64,000 bases of DNA, taken from Felis catus (taxonomy: Eukaryota). The first letter of the stretch is position 1. Each line of letters begins with the position of its first letter. A program made the position numbers and the translations under genes. The stretch covers positions 76,200,001 through 76,264,000 of the forward strand of contig NC_058368.1 in the NCBI RefSeq assembly GCF_018350175.1. Direction: 5' to 3'. The notes beneath the pieces were generated by a model. It did no database searches, was not told where the DNA came from, and saw only the letters and a program-made list of their open reading frames with translations. Shown here piece after piece: positions 24,810 to 37,205 of the stretch.

Positions 24810-24932
24810 TTCTTATCTGTGACCCATAACATCCCAAAGCCTCCACACTCTTCACGGTTTGCATGGATAAGCCAACGATTATTGTTCAACTTCCCATGCA
24901 CTAACCACTCAAAACTGGCATTTTCTGGATCT
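24810..24932 (-). other. Candidate 123-nt exon
   Basis: aatgttaattttctaag|AGATCC...AAGAA|gtaagg; the phase 2-2 frame is fully open (DPENASFEWLVHGKLNNNRWLIHANREECGGFGMLWVTDK); the other frames have stops. Confidence 0.3.
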
Positions 24933-25053
24933 CTTAGAAAATTAACATTTAAGATTATGCTTTTGGGAATAGAAAGGTCAAGGACTTTCACAATTTACTT
25001 CTCATATTTTTTTATAAAACAGTCACAGTCAAAGACTTCTTATACTTTATATG

Positions 25054-25290
25054 TGTATTAGTTTGATAAGGCTGCCATTGAAAGTGCCATAAATTGGGTG
25101 TCTTGACAGACATATATTTTCTCATAGATCTAAAGGCCAGAAGTCTGAAATCAAGGTGTTGGCAGACCTGTGTCCTTTTGGAAGGCTTTAGGGGAGAATC
25201 TGTTCCATGTCTTTCTCTTAGCTTCCTGTGGTTGCCAGTGACCTTTGGGGTTCCTTGCCTGCAAATATACCACTCTACTCTCTGCAATTA
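25054..25290 (-). mobile_element. MLT1 (ERVL-MaLR) LTR fragment
   Basis: tgtattagttt...ttctcatag...aggccagaagtctgaaatcaaggtgttggcag...ggggagaatctgttccatg signature. Confidence 0.8.
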
Positions 25291-25510
25291 TCTACAGAGG
25301 AGACAACTCTCCTGTAAGCCAGACATGACTGAGTTTTAACGCTTAAAATACTGAATAGAGACAGATGACCCCCTTTAGGAGTGAGAAGGTGAAGTGTAGG
25401 GAAGTGTAGAAATTTCAAATCAGAAACTTTGAAGCTTTAAAGCTTCAAAAATTGAAATTAACCTGGAGGCTACAGATGGGGGAATGAGTGAATAATTTCA
25501 AGAAAGAGGA

Positions 25511-25733
25511 ATTTTATTTATTATTTTTAAATGTTTTTATTTATGTATTTTAGAGAGAGAGAGGACATGCATATGGGATGGAGGGGCAGAGAGAGAATGG
25601 GAGAGAGAGAATCCTGAGCAGGCTCCACACTCAGAGTGAAGTCCTACAGGAGGCTTGATCCCACAATGGTGAGATCATGACCTGAGCCGAAATCAAGAGT
25701 CAGATGCCTGACCGAGTGAGTCATGCTGGCACC
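25511..25733 (-). mobile_element. CanSINE (older subfamily)
   Basis: gagaatcctgagcaggctccacactcag...gagccgaaatcaagagtcagatg. Confidence 0.9.
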
Positions 25734-25784
25734 ATGAGTGTAACATTTTAAATAATTGATTATAGTATTAAGAATTCTACTGAG

Positions 25785-25915
25785 CGGCGCCTGGGTGGCT
25801 TAGTCGGTTAAGCGTCCTACTTTGGCTCAGGTCATGATCTCATGGTTTGCGGGTTTGTGCCCCACTTCGGTCTCTGTGGTTACAGTTCAGAGCCTGGAGC
25901 CTGCTTTGGATTCTG

Positions 25916-25961
<46 letters not shown>

Positions 25962-26042
25962 CCTCCCCCACTCGTACTCTGTCTCTCGCTCTCTCCCTCT
26001 CTCTCTCAAAAATGAATAAACACTAAAAAATTTTTTTAAAAA
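25785..26042 (+). mobile_element. CanSINE with expanded (CT)n
   Basis: TSD aagaattctactgag / aagcattctactgag; about 20 CT units. Confidence 0.95.
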
Positions 26043-26178
26043 AAGCATTCTACTGAGATACAAGAGCTTCAAATAGATTTACAATTCTGTTGCTACTGTT
26101 GTAAGTTTATGTAATTTTTTTCCTGTGCATCCCAAGATGGCTACCATATTTTGTACATAAAAACCATGAATCATAATC

Positions 26179-26597
26179 TGTATTAGTTTCCTAGGGTTTT
26201 TGTAACAAACTACACAAACAGGGTGGATTATAGCAATGGAAATGTACTCTCTCACAACTCTGGAGGATAGTTCAAAATCAAGTGTCAGCAGAGCCATTGG
26301 TCCTCTGAGACTCTCAGTAGAATCCTTGTTCGTCTCTTTCCTACTTCTGGAGGTGGCCGTGAAGCCCAGACTGCTTGACGGTCTCTGCCTCTGTCATGAC
26401 CCGACTGTCCCCTGTACACCTGTGTCTCTTCACCTCTTCTCTTAAGGACACCCACGGTATTAGGTTAGCACCCACCTTAATCTTAACTTGACTGTATTCG
26501 CAGAAACCCTACTTCCGAATAAGGTCGTTTTCACAGGTATTGGGGGTCAGGAGTTCTACAGAGCATTTTGGGGGGGGGCACAGTTCAATCTCTCACA
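26179..26597 (-). mobile_element. MLT1 (ERVL-MaLR) solo LTR
   Basis: TG...CA ends: tgtattagtttcctaggg...cttctcttaaggacacc...ccgaataaggtc...cacagttcaatctctcaca. Confidence 0.85.
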
Positions 26598-27254
26598 GTC
26601 TGTACTGTGAGTTGCAACTTTTGCATGCGGTCCCCTTTAACGTGTCATATGAAGCTGATGCGGCTTGCCTGAAAGTTGGCCGCTTGACAGTCTGAGTTAT
26701 GTTTTCAGGCACCGATGAAGTACTTTCAAAATGTATTTTAAAAACAATTTTTTTTAATAAGAATGAACTCCCAGCCTATTTGGCGCTGAGAATCCCTCCA
26801 GGATGTGCTAATTTGGCGGAAGCGGCCAAAGTGAGCCATTCCCCATCATTTCACAGGGTCTGTGTGGTATTTGCTACCCATTTTGTAGGTAAAACAGAAT
26901 TAAGCAGAGTTTCATTTAATACATTATTTTCACGATGCCTTTTCGTGCAGATAATCGGAAACACCATAAGGTACCCAAACTGCCATGCAGACTCATCGAT
27001 GCCCAAAATAGCTTTCCATAGGAATAAATATCTCACTATATATTAGAAATTAAATGATCCAAGTCTTTGGTATTTTTTCTGAAAAATTCTATATGCGGTT
27101 CTGCTTTTTGCTTCAGTTGTCTATCCTAAAAAACGCTTTTAGTAATGTACATAAAGCAGAAAAATTACCAGCTCTGAAAATGGCTTAATGACCAATTATT
27201 TTCATGTTAGAAGTGGCATCGAGATAGCTCTGAATAGTTTTATTAACTTAAAAA

Positions 27255-27453
27255 CTTTTCTCTTTCAAATTTATTTATTTTGAGAGAGAGAGAGAGAGCT
27301 AGTGGGTCAGGGGCAGAGAGAGAGGGAGAGAGAAAAATCACAGGCAGGAGCCACCCATGTGGATACAGACATGGGGCTGAAACTCACGAAACTGTGAGAT
27401 TATGACCCGAGCCGAAGCTGGAAACGTAACCAGCTGAGCCACCCAGATGCCCC
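27255..27453 (-). mobile_element. CanSINE
   Basis: Diverged antisense body ending gagccacccagatgcccc. Confidence 0.9.
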
Positions 27454-28129
27454 TGAATAATTTTAATATACTAATTATTTGTAAAGATAAATTGGAGGTA
27501 TTTCTGAATGAATTCTAAAATTTTGAGATAAATTTCTCAATCATTTTCGACATGAATTTAAATCATTTTTGGACATGAATGTAAATATTTAAAGATTTCC
27601 ATTTGCATACATGTTCATTATTCAACACATATCCCACAAATTACTCAAGAATTGGAACTTTTATTACAAATTTGGGCTTATAGTCTGTAGAGAAGAGGCA
27701 CCAATCTGTCTTTTTCTTCTGGCCCACAGGGCTCCTGCTTTCTTCGTAAGGGGCAATCTCATGAATTGTCACAGACTCTGGCCTTAGGTGACTTCCTCAG
27801 CCTCTCGCTTGCTCCCCTCCCATGTCGGTGAGACAGAGGGAATCTGATTAGGTTCTTTTCGAGCTATGAAATGCAGAGACGCTAACCAAATCAGTTTTGA
27901 AATGCTTGTGGATGATCTTGCTTTATAAAAACACACTTGGACAGTTAAGTGTTTAGACAGAGCTTAATGAAGAGGGTGTGTGAAACAGCAGAAACCACCC
28001 AGGCCAATTCAGGCATGAAAAATTAGACAGTGGACCAGAGTGGCACACACCTGCCTTCATTCTGGGAACAAAAAACTGTGTGTGACTAACCAATAATCCA
28101 CCCCACCATTTACAAGGGCGATTAATTAA

Positions 28130-28830
28130 CTGGGAATGCATGATTCTCGAATACAAACTTGTTCTTATTCAATGTGAGTCACGCAATACAAATTAACGTC
28201 GTCTCGTAGACTTACAATTCTTATGAGTCAACGTCAAAAGACCCGCGGTCTCCCGTTGCTGTATCTTTTCTAAAAGGAACAGAGCTCACGTGAAGAAATC
28301 TCATCAGGTGTTGTCAAACTTAACTCAAGCCACAGCTCATCTAGCCCGTGCCACATTTTATCATCATCATGCACCCTAGTTCGGTCATTATGCCCTTAGG
28401 TGCCCGGAGGTATTTAGAAAACAACAAGACAACTCCATTAAGACTGGCACATTCCCAGAAATCCAGATGCGGAAGGCAGTGTGCACGAAAGGGTTGGCAG
28501 AACCAGCATCCAGTTCATTAGATGTCCGAGGTGATCGGTGGAGAGTCAAGAGCGTCCATTGGGGATGTGTTACCCAGCGGCCGTGATTTAGGAGGGGCCA
28601 GTAGAATGGCACATAAAAGAGAACTGTTCGGGAAAGTGGGTGATGGGGACTGATATTTAAAAGGTGCTGGGCAATCCTCAAGCTCTTTCTTCTTTATTAT
28701 CTTCTCTGCCCTCCATAGCAATTCTCAAGGTAAGCCTCACATGTGCTTCCATCAGAACTAGCAATGTGGCCGTGGTGACCCCAGTCAGTCAGGGCTCAAG
28801 CTGAGACTAGCACCTGATCCCTTGACTCAG
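28130..28830 (+). promoter_or_regulatory. Candidate inducible promoter/enhancer (AP-1, TEAD, STAT, E-box, TATA-like) with splice donor
   Basis: TGAGTCA 28175 and 28224, TGACTCA 28823; GGAATG 28133, CATTCC 28450; TTCCCAGAA 28452; TCACGTGA 28286; TATTTAAAA 28654; AAG|gtaagc at 28729/28730. Motif evidence only. Confidence 0.4.
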
Positions 28831-29414
28831 GTGCCTGAAACTTTCCAGACTGTTTGAGGAAACAGTGCCCAGATAACACTCCATTAGTAAAGTATGATAC
28901 AGACACCATAGTCCCATACAGAAATATGTGGTCTTAATTATCTAGGTATTTTCAGTTAACAGTTATATTGTCCAGATATTTTCATAGCATTGAAATTATC
29001 TAAAGGTTTGAATAACATTCAGACTATCTACATACTTATCTACCGGCTTTATTTGGCCTGTACCGTTACCGGAAAAATTATGATTCCCAAAATTCTGTAT
29101 TAAACAAAATGGAAAACCAGCAAAGAAAACCAGCCAAATGCATGTGCTTACTAGACATCCGGATGACCCGGACTGACCCAGACAAATAGGGTGGGGTTGC
29201 TAGAGCAAATCATCAAGGCTGAATGTATCTTTGGGTAAGTTGTTTGGAGCAACTAGATACCGTCCAAAAAAAAACGTAATCACCTTAAAAACATAAGGAA
29301 AACCGGAGGAGAAATATGTAACTTCTTAAGTGCTTCCTGCTTGTCACAAAGCCACCTCTACAGGTATCAGGGGAGAGAAGGAGACAGATATTGCCCAGGG
29401 AAGACCAGATGGGA

Positions 29415-29595
29415 GGCATGAATCTACCAGCTATCTACTGGCCAGCTTCAAAAAAGTCACAAAGACCTCTCTGGGATTCAGTTTTCTCATCTATAAAATG
29501 AGGATAGAAATGGAACGAACTGCACAGAGCTGCAAATGAAATAATGCTCCGTGAAGAGCCTGGCCCATGGTAAGTGTTCAATAAACATTAGCTAC
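29415..29595 (+). mobile_element. MIR SINE
   Basis: acctctctgggattcagttttctcatctataaaatgagga...gcctggcccatggtaagtgttcaataaacattagct. Confidence 0.75.
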
Positions 29596-31854
29596 GAGAT
29601 GTCAAGTCAATGTGCGCAAATCAGTGGGACACAAAGATGTTTCCTCCTCTGAATTTGAAGCCTGTCTGTGGCACAAAATAATGCTGTGCTTCGATTTCTA
29701 GTTAACTCCTTCCTCACTACGTTCTCCTAATGAGCTCATGGACTAATGTTTAGATCACCTCTCTAGTGTCTTCCTATCCCTGCAGAATCGGCTGGTGCGA
29801 TCAGTGTCTTATTGTAGCACGTGCTAAATAAACTTCTGTTGTGGGGACTCAGGCACAAGATTTTAGCAATAGAATCGTGCGAAATGATTCAACTGGATCG
29901 AATTTAAACTTCGATTTCTCCGCACCACTCAGAATGTTTTTCATCGGGGCAAAAATGGAGACCCTTTGAGAATATAATAAAAACTATGGAGAGTTGCATC
30001 ATATGGATCTATAGAATCTAACCCTGGGGTTTGAAAATGTAATGCCTAAAACGTGCCGTGGATTTCGCAAAAATAGAGCTAAAAATCTGTTCATCTCACT
30101 TTGGGCGTTTCGGTAAGTTGCCAGGGTTATCGGTATATAACATGGCGAAAGACAGAAAGAGAAGGTCAGTGGATGTGCTGTTTTTTATTTACTGTTTAAA
30201 GGAAATTAACTTACTTTTCTTCATTTTGTATTGACACGCAATATTGCTTTTTTGAATAATTAGTTACAAAATTCGCTACTCTACATCAACGGCATATGTT
30301 AAGTCCTAAGGATTTTTGAGTCGCTGGCAGAGAATATCCTTTTCTGATTCCTGAACTTAAGGCAGTTAGGCATTGATTTGGGGATTAGAGGAAGACAAAC
30401 CAGTGAAAGCATGAGCCTGTCACTTGACATTCAGTGTTTGTACTGGAGGACACGAAGCTCCATGGAGACGGTGACTTTGACTTCGCCAGAAAGTCGGATG
30501 GCTCCCAAGGTTGTATATATCAGGTTTTTCACCTTTCTGTGTCTTTCTTTTCGTGGTGCTCCATTGTCCCTCTTTCTCTTCCTGAAAAAGCGACCTAGTA
30601 GCTCAGTCCTTCTAGAATCTCTATGGCCTTCCTGTTTCCATAAGAGCTAAAACCCTTCCCTCAGGGTTTATGATGATTGAGCTCCTGGTGTTGACCCAAA
30701 CTGGAATTAACAGGGTGTCACCAAGCAAGCCAGCCGCCCAGGATAGAAAAGGTTGCTTAGACCTCATTTGGAACCTCGCTAAGCACAGTGGGTTGGCTCA
30801 GCTTTAAGTCGTGCAAATAAAATAACAAGAGCCTCAGGGCTGATTTTCTTTGAACTTTCTTTCCCCACCTGAAAACAGCAGCTAGTTCCCATAGTCACAG
30901 GCGGGTCAGGAATTTGATTGTCTAACATTCCTCAGCATTTTATAGCCTTCATCATTATGAGAATGAGATCATTCAAAGGAGCACTCCGCAAGCAATAGTT
31001 TCAAGAATTACGATCACAGCATCTGTTAACACTAACGACTGGAGAATGGCTGTCCCAGCTCCAGATGATCCTGGGTGCACGGGCATGGAAAAAGCACGTG
31101 CAAGATCCTTCTTCAACGCTGACTCGATCCAGACATGTCCATTGATAAACAGCGCCAATAATTGGAGCACGAAAAAAGAGAAGGCATCGGAAACAACGAT
31201 CATTTGGTCATTGTGTCATACGGAGGTCTGAGCAGCGACTGAAGAGGGAAGGCTGGTAGGGGTCCCCGTCGGGGACTGTTTGAGGGGCAAAGAGCATCAG
31301 GCTGGGCCCCGCCTTCCTCAGCCTGGCACACAGTCAGTGGTGGTCACTTTCTTCCTGCGGGCTCAGACTTGCCCAGGCCCCGAGGCAATCCGGGTGCAGC
31401 CTGGCTCATGAGAGCCACCCCCCAAGTCCAGGGCAGAAGGCCATTGGGTGTCTGTGTGCCACAGAGAGCAGGTATAAGATGGGAAGCTCGGGGAACCCAA
31501 TAGTTACTTGGACGTGCAGGAGGCCAACGGAGGGCACTGTCCAGTTCACAGGAAAGCTTATCTACAGAGTCTGTCCATGTGTGGCGTTCACACTCTTGTC
31601 TCTTACACACAGGTACACACACACACATTCACACCCACACAGTTCTTAGTAGAATATCATCTCTTCACAAAGTACGTCGTCTAAGCCTTCACGTGGCTGG
31701 TTGGATACAGCATCCCAAATTCAAGCAAGGCCAGGGGGTAAGTGGGCGGGCACCCCAGGATGGGGGAGGGGTGGATCAAGCCCAGGAAGGTGGGCCAGGA
31801 CAGAGGTCAGGAACACAGGGTCAGACAGTGGGGAGCACAAGTTTCTGGAGCTTC

Positions 31855-32087
31855 CTTTCTTTTTTTTTTTTTTAACGTTTATTTTTCAGAGAAAGAGAGA
31901 GCGAAAGGGCGCGTGCTCGCGCTCTGGGGAGGAGGGGCAGAGAGAGAGGGAGACACAGAATCCGAAGCAGGCTCCAGGCTCCGAGCTGGCAGCACGGAGC
32001 CCGATGCGGGGCACAAACTGGTGAACTGCGAGATCACGACCTGAGCCGAAGTCAGAGGCTTAATCGACCGAGCCGTCCAGGCACCCC
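31855..32087 (-). mobile_element. CanSINE (SINEC_Fc-type), CpG-rich copy
   Basis: Antisense body; degenerate TSD agtttctggagctt / agttctggagtt. Confidence 0.94.
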
Positions 32088-32767
32088 GAGTTCTGGAGTT
32101 GCTCAAGCAGCATCTAAACAGCTCAGAGATGCAGCATTGGGTACTAGCCATGCCAGCAGTAAGAGTGAAGGTGAAGAAGCAGGAGACAGGAGATGGAACC
32201 TTCCTCCTCAGCTTTGCTCCTTTTTAATCAAAGTTTCCCTCGCTAAATGACGCCCTTTCTCCCAAGCTTTTTCCTCTTTACTATAGCAGACTGGGTCTAA
32301 CTGGAGCCAATCTAGTGTGTCCCAAGCATCACGCCTGCTGTCTATTAGGCCCTTCACGAGCACCTGCTCACTTGGACGGAGCCAACCTCTCGTGGTCCTG
32401 CTGCTTTCTCTGCTTAGAAGTCGGACGGTTTTGTGGGTGCGAAGCTGCCCAAGGCCCCCGACGGCTCGGCAGAGGGGATGGAACCAGGCTTGGGAATCTC
32501 GCGGTCACTTGGGTAACTCGGGAAGAGCACTAATGAACGTAAAGGACCCCCCCCCCCCCACCGCCTCAAACCAAGTCTAGTAATTTCTGGCTGAAGACTA
32601 AAATGCGAATTTACATGAAATGTCATTCTCATCGGAGACCCGTTTGGATGCGAAAATTAGGTTGGTGTCATTGTAAATACCAAGATACCACGACTGCTGG
32701 AGTGTGAGGCAGGTTGGAAGTTTTGGTGGAAGAGAGGTGAAAATGGCGGCCATGGGTCACCGTCCTT

Positions 32768-32860
32768 CCCCACCCCCCCACCCCCACCCCCCCACCCCCC
32801 CACCCCCCCACCCCCCACCCCCACCCCCCCACCCCCTCACCCCCTCACCCCCCACCCCCC
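32768..32860. repeat. (C5-7A)n tract: G-quadruplex (minus strand) / i-motif
   Basis: About 14 C-runs separated by a single A or TCA. Confidence 0.9.
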
Positions 32861-34789
32861 AGCAATAGGTACCATTTTCAGGTCTATGTCAGCCACTTTC
32901 AGCAATGCCCAGTCCTCCACTACATGCACAGGGACGAGGACACCCTCCCAGGATCTCCTTCACCCCGGAGACTTCCTCAAGGGCTGATTTTTGTTCAGTT
33001 GAGATTTAAGAGACTATGTAGACCTTGTGTGCTGGCACAACGACTGTTGATCCTAAGATATAATCTGAGATCTACTTCTTTGTAAAAATTGTGTATGTGG
33101 AGGCAATGAGTTTGCTTTCTTACCAGGGTAGGAAATGGCAGGGCTTTTAGCTTCAGAGAAGAATGTCCCTGATGGTTTGTAGCTAACAATGGATTTACAA
33201 GGAATTTTAAGCCTAGAAGACACAGAAGCCTAGATGAATTTGCCCAGAGATAATCTCCTTCTGATGCAGGGCCTTCATTGTATCTCTAGACACTGGTCCA
33301 AAAATCTTAGCTGCTTAGCTTTGAACGAGTCAAAAGCCTCTTGTAAAAAAGGTTTTGTTAAACGCTTTATTATTTTGTAATTTTTAAACAGGCTGTATGG
33401 GATGGATGTTTAAAACATGAAGAAATTGTTACATTATAATTAAATATCAAAAAGTATAAATTTCCATATAAAATATGATATCATCTGTCAAAACCGCTCT
33501 AAAGGGGTAGTCACTGGATCGTATCCCAGAAGACTTCTGATACAAAGACCACGGTTGTCCAGGGAACAGACTATTAATTGCATTTAATCTGTTCAAAAGC
33601 GGAGTTGATAGCACCACACTAATCGAATCTAGATTTCTGTCTACTGCTACATTTCTTCCTTGCTCGGAGTGATATGCTTCAGATATATTTCCACTCCAGG
33701 ACAATTACCTGTCTCAGAGCTCTCAGCCTGTCAGGAGCTATTAGTGAGTCCTGCTGACCACCCACTTATGCCTCCAATGAAACAGGACGGCGTCATGGAT
33801 GCCCGCTCACAAGGAGAACGGAAGAGAAATTGTCGGGGCCGAGAACAAATGCATCTATGGGCGAATCTGAAAAACCAATCACCATAGAGTAAAACTAGAC
33901 ATCGAAAATATCACCTTGCGAAATGTGATCCTGAATATCTGATTTGCAAAGTTTTGTTTCTGATTTTGAAGGGAAGCAAACCACCTACCAAACAAGGCAT
34001 AGAGCAAATAGACGGACAGAGCCTACAATCGCATCCTGAGTTAGACCTACAGGATTCAAGTCCAGACAACGGTACCAAATTTCTTAAGTATTCAGAGCTG
34101 TTTCCCCACCCGTAAGATTGAGACTTTTTTTACACTACCAGCCTCATGGGCTTATTTGCGAAGTAACCCAAAAGTAAGATTTCGTATTACTATGAAATAA
34201 TCCACATAACGTTCGGAGCCTCCTACAGCATACGCTGTTAGCACTCAACAAGCTAGCTAACCATCGTTGTTACTATCTTATTGATTTACTTTGGGTAACA
34301 TGAAAATTGCTGACATATGACAGGCTCTCGGCAATCACAACCACATTACTTTTTTCATTATGGGATGTTTTACAATTGAAAGGACACCTGACCCATATAA
34401 GTTCATTTAAGCTTCACATGAAGTCTACAGAATACATAGGTATCAAATCTAATTTGAGAGACTCTATGAGTCCTTTTCCCAACGACTGCCGGCTAGAGAG
34501 GATAGGAAACACAGCATCCTGGGGAAAATTAGGAGCTCTCTCAAAACAGCAACTCAAGGGCAGCAGCTTAGAAATGAAAAGTCACGGTAACTCGTAGGCA
34601 TGGCCCTCGGCCACATAATAGAAGGATCGTGTCCACCCATGAATGAGGCCACTGGAACTAAATTATGGAAATGCACGGGGGATCAAATTTCAGCTATTCA
34701 GTTTCTCAGAACCCTTTGTGCACCCAAGAGGTATCTCCTGAATCTTGCATGAGGACAAACAGGCAAGGAGGTATAAGACCGCCAGTCTG

Positions 34790-35015
34790 AGAGCAGACAG
34801 GCCTGGCCCTTCCTTCCTGCCTCAGGCTCTTTGTAGCTGAGTGACCATGAAACAGTTACTTTACGCCGTCTCAAAATTCATATTTTCCTCTCTGTAAATG
34901 TATATGGCGGGCGTCATCACTCTTCTCTTGAGTTTGTCACAAGGACTAGAGAGTCACTTGTGCAAAGAGCTTAGTGTAATTTGTAGAACATATTAAATAT
35001 TCAGTTAATCATAGT
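34790..35015 (+). mobile_element. MIR SINE
   Basis: gtagctgagtgaccatg...gttacttt...tttcctctctgtaaatg...gtgcaaagagcttag. Confidence 0.6.
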
Positions 35016-36179
35016 CCTCACAGTACTGTTCATAGTTTATAACTCAAATATAAGACTAAGGGAATTTAAATAGTCTAAGAACCCCCCAGCCAATAAACAA
35101 TTATACTAAACATATGTTACATAACACCAGGGAACTCTGGTCTTAGGGATACCAAGGTCCTCAGGAGACCAAAACCAGCCGTGATCTCTCGTCCTAGAGG
35201 TGATCTTGCAAACAGTCGCTACCATGGCTCTTACGGCACGTTCAGGTCAAGCGATGCGACGGGTGAAGACTTTAGGGGCCATCGTATCTCAGAGGGAGTT
35301 GGAGGCCATGAGAAAAACATGGGAAGAAGGAAGGAAACACACATGTTGTGTGCTTTCTATGTTCCAGGCCATGTTAGTTTTCAAGGATAAGTCTGTTTAG
35401 TATCAACCCAGGGGGGTCACTCTTGCTGCTCCCATCCCGCTCATGAGAAAACCCAAGCCCTGCTATTGACTGATGGGATAGTCTTCTATTGAAAGGATGA
35501 CTTGGGATTGGACTCCTGGAGTCTGAAGCTTCCAAGTAGTGGTGAAGAGACACAAAAGTTGTAGCTTCAAGTGAGGTCTTCGAGCAGCGAGATGAATGAC
35601 ATTTACTCAAACAGTGAAGCTCTACGTGGCCCACCTTCATTGCGGCAGAACCTCACCCCTGCCTCTTCCCTCACACCTCCAGCTCTGCTTTGAGGCTAGT
35701 TTGCTTCCTTGGCCTTTTCCACTTCCTAGCCCAAGGTCGGATCCCGTGGGCCAAGCTGGACCAAATCGTCTGGTTGCCCCCGGCGACTGACGGCAGCATT
35801 ATCTACATGTAACTACACTGTGACCAGGAAAGCTAAGAGGCAGAGTAGCCCATCCGAGGGCACAGTTGGGAGAAAGCTACAAGGTTAGAAGGCACAAACA
35901 TTGGGACAAGGTCAAAATGTTGGACAGGAGAAGGGAGAGTGCTGCTGGGCGTCAAAGTCCGGACATGAGCAGAGGGCACACCCTGGTATTCTTCAAGGGC
36001 ATCACGCCATGTTGACCGCCTCAGAGACCTCATTCACCCCCATACCCATCCCTCTGTGACATGATCCCTGTGGCAGTGTCCAGATCTCTGGTTCATAAGT
36101 CAGCTGTCCACTGGATAGGTCCATGGCAGGCGGCAGCATGAGCTTATTGACTCCCCTTGTCACCCCCACCCCCCAAAGC

Positions 36180-37205
36180 AATGTCCTCTTCCTCCATTAT
36201 CTTATCCTCCATATTCTATAATTTCTGTTAATGAACCCATCAGCTTCCCTCTCACACAGGCTAGAAACATCAGTCACCTTAACGTTTTCTTCATTTCACT
36301 CCACATTCAAATACCGCCTTCTTGTTTTTTGGTCAGGCATGCTTCTAGAAACTGGCTTCCCATGATCTAGCTCTAGACTGTGGCATGGTCTGGGTCCCGA
36401 GAGCTGTCCCACTGGGCACAGGTTCTTCACTTGCCAGTTCCACCCTCCAGGGTGGCCTTGCTGACGGTCACATGCAATCACACTCCCTCTAGCTTCTCCT
36501 CAGTCATTGGTTCCCACTGCCCCCCAGCCTGAGGCTCTGAGCTACAGCCCCATCTCCATCTCTAGAAGCTGCTCCAAGCTCAGCCTCTGCTTCTTGCCTC
36601 ACTCCCCACTGCAGCAAAGCCCTAGTGTCTCCCCAACACACCATGACCTGAGTGCCCTTGCCTTTGTGTGAGCCAAGTTCTGTGCCTGGGACTGCTTTCC
36701 AATGACACCAAGCTCAGTCCTTGACCTACTGTCTTTCTTACTTTAGACAAGAATCCTCTGGAGTACCCACTAGGATCTCCTTTTCTCACAAACAAAAGTA
36801 CAGAGATAGATGAAGCAGATTCCACAAGGTCATAGTACTAGTAAGAAGTGGAGACCAGATTACAACCTTGGCTCTCTGTTTGGATCACCAGCACTTTCTA
36901 CAGCTGGAAAACTCCTATGCACCCTTCCATGCCCATGTTCCATATCATCTCCGGAAAACCTTCATCTGGTCCATAGATAAAATGATCGATTCTGCCTTCT
37001 GCTCTCAAAACATTTTGTTCTTTTTCCTGTTATATTTATCATACTATATCATAATTATTTATTTTCATGTATTTACCCCCTACCAGATGTATTTATCCCC
37101 TCCAGGAGGATTTGAACCTTTTTAGTCTTACCAGAAATAGTCCAAATCTCCTGACACAGAATAATCAACAAATATTTATTAAGGTGAGTGAATGGATAAA
37201 TGAAT
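36180..37205 (-). mobile_element. L2 LINE fragments
   Basis: Pyrimidine-rich L2-like text ending in the L2 3'-type cctgacacag...caacaaatatttattaaggtgagtgaatggataaatgaat. Boundaries approximate. Confidence 0.5.

Noticed and set aside
27539..27585. Short tandem duplication (aatcattt..gacatgaat x2); similar ones at ~6446-6475 and ~3087-3108
   Set aside because: Ordinary replication-slippage duplications with no sign of function.
30973..31203. 76-aa hydrophobic minus-strand ORF
   Set aside because: No recognisable family, no convincing splice sites, and length within chance.
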